A stretch of 64,000 nt of DNA, taken from Lobosporangium transversale. Taxonomy: Eukaryota. Where the stretch lies: assembly GCF_002105155.1 (NCBI RefSeq), contig NW_019028988.1, positions 248,001 through 312,000 on the forward strand, in the 5' to 3' direction. The notes beneath the pieces were generated by a model, which was not told the origin of the DNA, did no database searches, and saw only the letters and a list, made by a program, of their open reading frames with translations. Position numbers and translations under genes: made by a program. This document shows, one piece after another, positions 62,386 through 64,000 of the stretch. How positions within the stretch are numbered: the first letter of the stretch is position 1; each line of letters opens with the position of its first letter.

Positions 62386-63635
62386 TTGGTACACGGGCAG
62401 AAGAAATCTGCCCGTTGGGCAAAGTTGTGGAAAGATCCACAAGATAGGAAAATGTTACAACTTCGTGGCCGTTTAGAAAGAGGAAAGAGGGAGCAATGGT
62501 TGCTAAGAGAAATGGACAAGAGAGGAAAAAAGAAGCGGAGAGAAGGAGAGTGTAGCGACGTGAACAGTGGGTGCAAGTCAAGCAAGAAGCCGCACACTCG
62601 AAGGTTATCGAAAGAGCTCGCCGACAAGGGCGCCTACGGTTACAGGTTAGGTTTCAAAGGCTCGACAAACAAGGAAGAAGAGAACAGTTACGACGAGCGG
62701 CTTTCAACCGAGCAAGATGTAGAGTACAAGAGCGAAATAAGATACGTGGACACCCCGAGCTCAATGAACAAGCCCTCGATAGGAGGCTCAGGACGAAAGC
62801 GCAAAAACAGATGGACTCCTCAAGAACAAGGAATAATAAGATCCCAGAGGATCACCATCGTTGGTATGGCTTCTCTAAGTGCCTAGGTGTAGAGATCTCA
62901 CGGGTTGGCATGGACAATATACTGCGTCAAAGAGGAAACCATCAACGATGAGGCAGCTGACACTTTACTCAGATGGGTCCCTTGAAGAGGCAGGAAGAAG
63001 GGCAGCGCGGATGGCTTATGGAGTGGTGGCTCAGACAGGCCCAGAAAGCTTCACAAATGTAGTTTCAGGTAGAGTCGATGGGCGCGCTTCATCCACTAAG
63101 GCAGAGCTAGTAGGACTGTACGCAGCCATCCTAGTCAGACCTCGTAACGTTCCAACGACTGTCTACATAGAGAACATGGTGGTAATGCTTCAGTTCAAGG
63201 ACCTTGCTCAAAAGCGAGAAACAAGCACTGAACGGCAGCGATTGCGATCCAAGTACGCAGTGTGATGGGCGGCAATCTCGAGAGCGTTCTTTAAGCAGGG
63301 CGGGAAGGTAACTGTGAAATGGGTCAAGGACCATGCTGGAAATAGAAGTAATATAAGGGCAGACCAAGCCGTCAAGGATGCCTATTTTGGCGAAATGTAG
63401 ACAATCAAAGGACGGGACTGAAATGTGGAACAGACGCTGCAAAGTCACCGTCAACTGGGAAAGAGGCAATGGTATCGCCTTTGTAAGCAAATGTGCCAGG
63501 GGACGCAACTGTGTTGGAAGGCACACACGTAGCAGAAGTGAATTCTTTGGCTCTCACCAGGGACAACGACGAACAGCAGACGCGAAGGCGATCAGGACTG
63601 ATGCAGATCAGCAGATGACGGCTAGCTACCGATAG
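62386..63635 (+). mobile_element. Decayed non-LTR retrotransposon ORF2 fragment containing an RNase H domain (62948-63400)
   Basis: LYSDGS...GVV...SSTKAELVGLYAAI...VYIEN...[TGA at 63263-63265]...VKWVKDHAGNRSNIRADQAVK matches the RNase HI-type motif order; stops and frameshifts on both sides. Confidence 0.8.
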
Positions 63636-63791
63636 CAGGTGGTGAAAAGCTTTTGATAGATAGATAATGAGCAGTAGGAAAGTAAGTGAGGATCAGATGT
63701 GGGTCCACACACCACGCCCATAGGGCATTTATTCATTTTCTGGTGCAAGGAGCATGCACCAGGCAGCTACGTATCCAGCATTTTTAACCAG

Positions 63792-63822
<31 letters not shown>

Positions 63823-64000
63823 CGCTTAGTGGCACCAAAATGTAAAATTAACCGCATCGCCACCGGTTGGCCAGTTATCGCCGGTTTTAATCAATTTTTG
63901 GGCAGTGCACCAAAACTATTTTTTTTTAATCATGGTCATTTACTAATTAAAATCACTGCTGGCACCATATTAAGCTTAAAAGTCTATCAAAAAAAGTCGT

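Overview
Eukaryotic, intron-rich fungal DNA with very frequent 15-35 nt poly(A)/poly(T) runs. Gene content and protein style suggest an early-diverging fungus of the Mortierellaceae (inference). The window holds 14 apparently intact protein-coding genes: EXO70, a DUF2415/Gid11-like WD protein, CFT2/CPSF100, a Ser/Thr/Pro-rich single-pass membrane protein, an 880-aa unknown, a rhodanese, PEX3, BET4/RABGGTA, an F-box/LRR-like protein, an ADP1-type ABCG transporter, a NAM8/NGR1-type RRM protein, a C2H2 zinc-finger factor, CBF5 and ALG7. It also holds two identical tRNA-Arg(ACG) genes 57 kb apart. The most notable non-genic structure is that both tRNA genes have related poly(A)-tailed retroposed elements stacked just upstream and pointing away from the tRNA. 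The right-hand locus contains a full-length tRNA-headed SINE and a short hairpin-rich element, each with its own 19-bp target-site duplication. Further relatives with the same 3' stem-loop tail and a decayed non-LTR-type RNase H follow. Together this looks like a tRNA-gene-associated SINE/LINE system. Exon boundaries were deduced by hand; no database searches were run.
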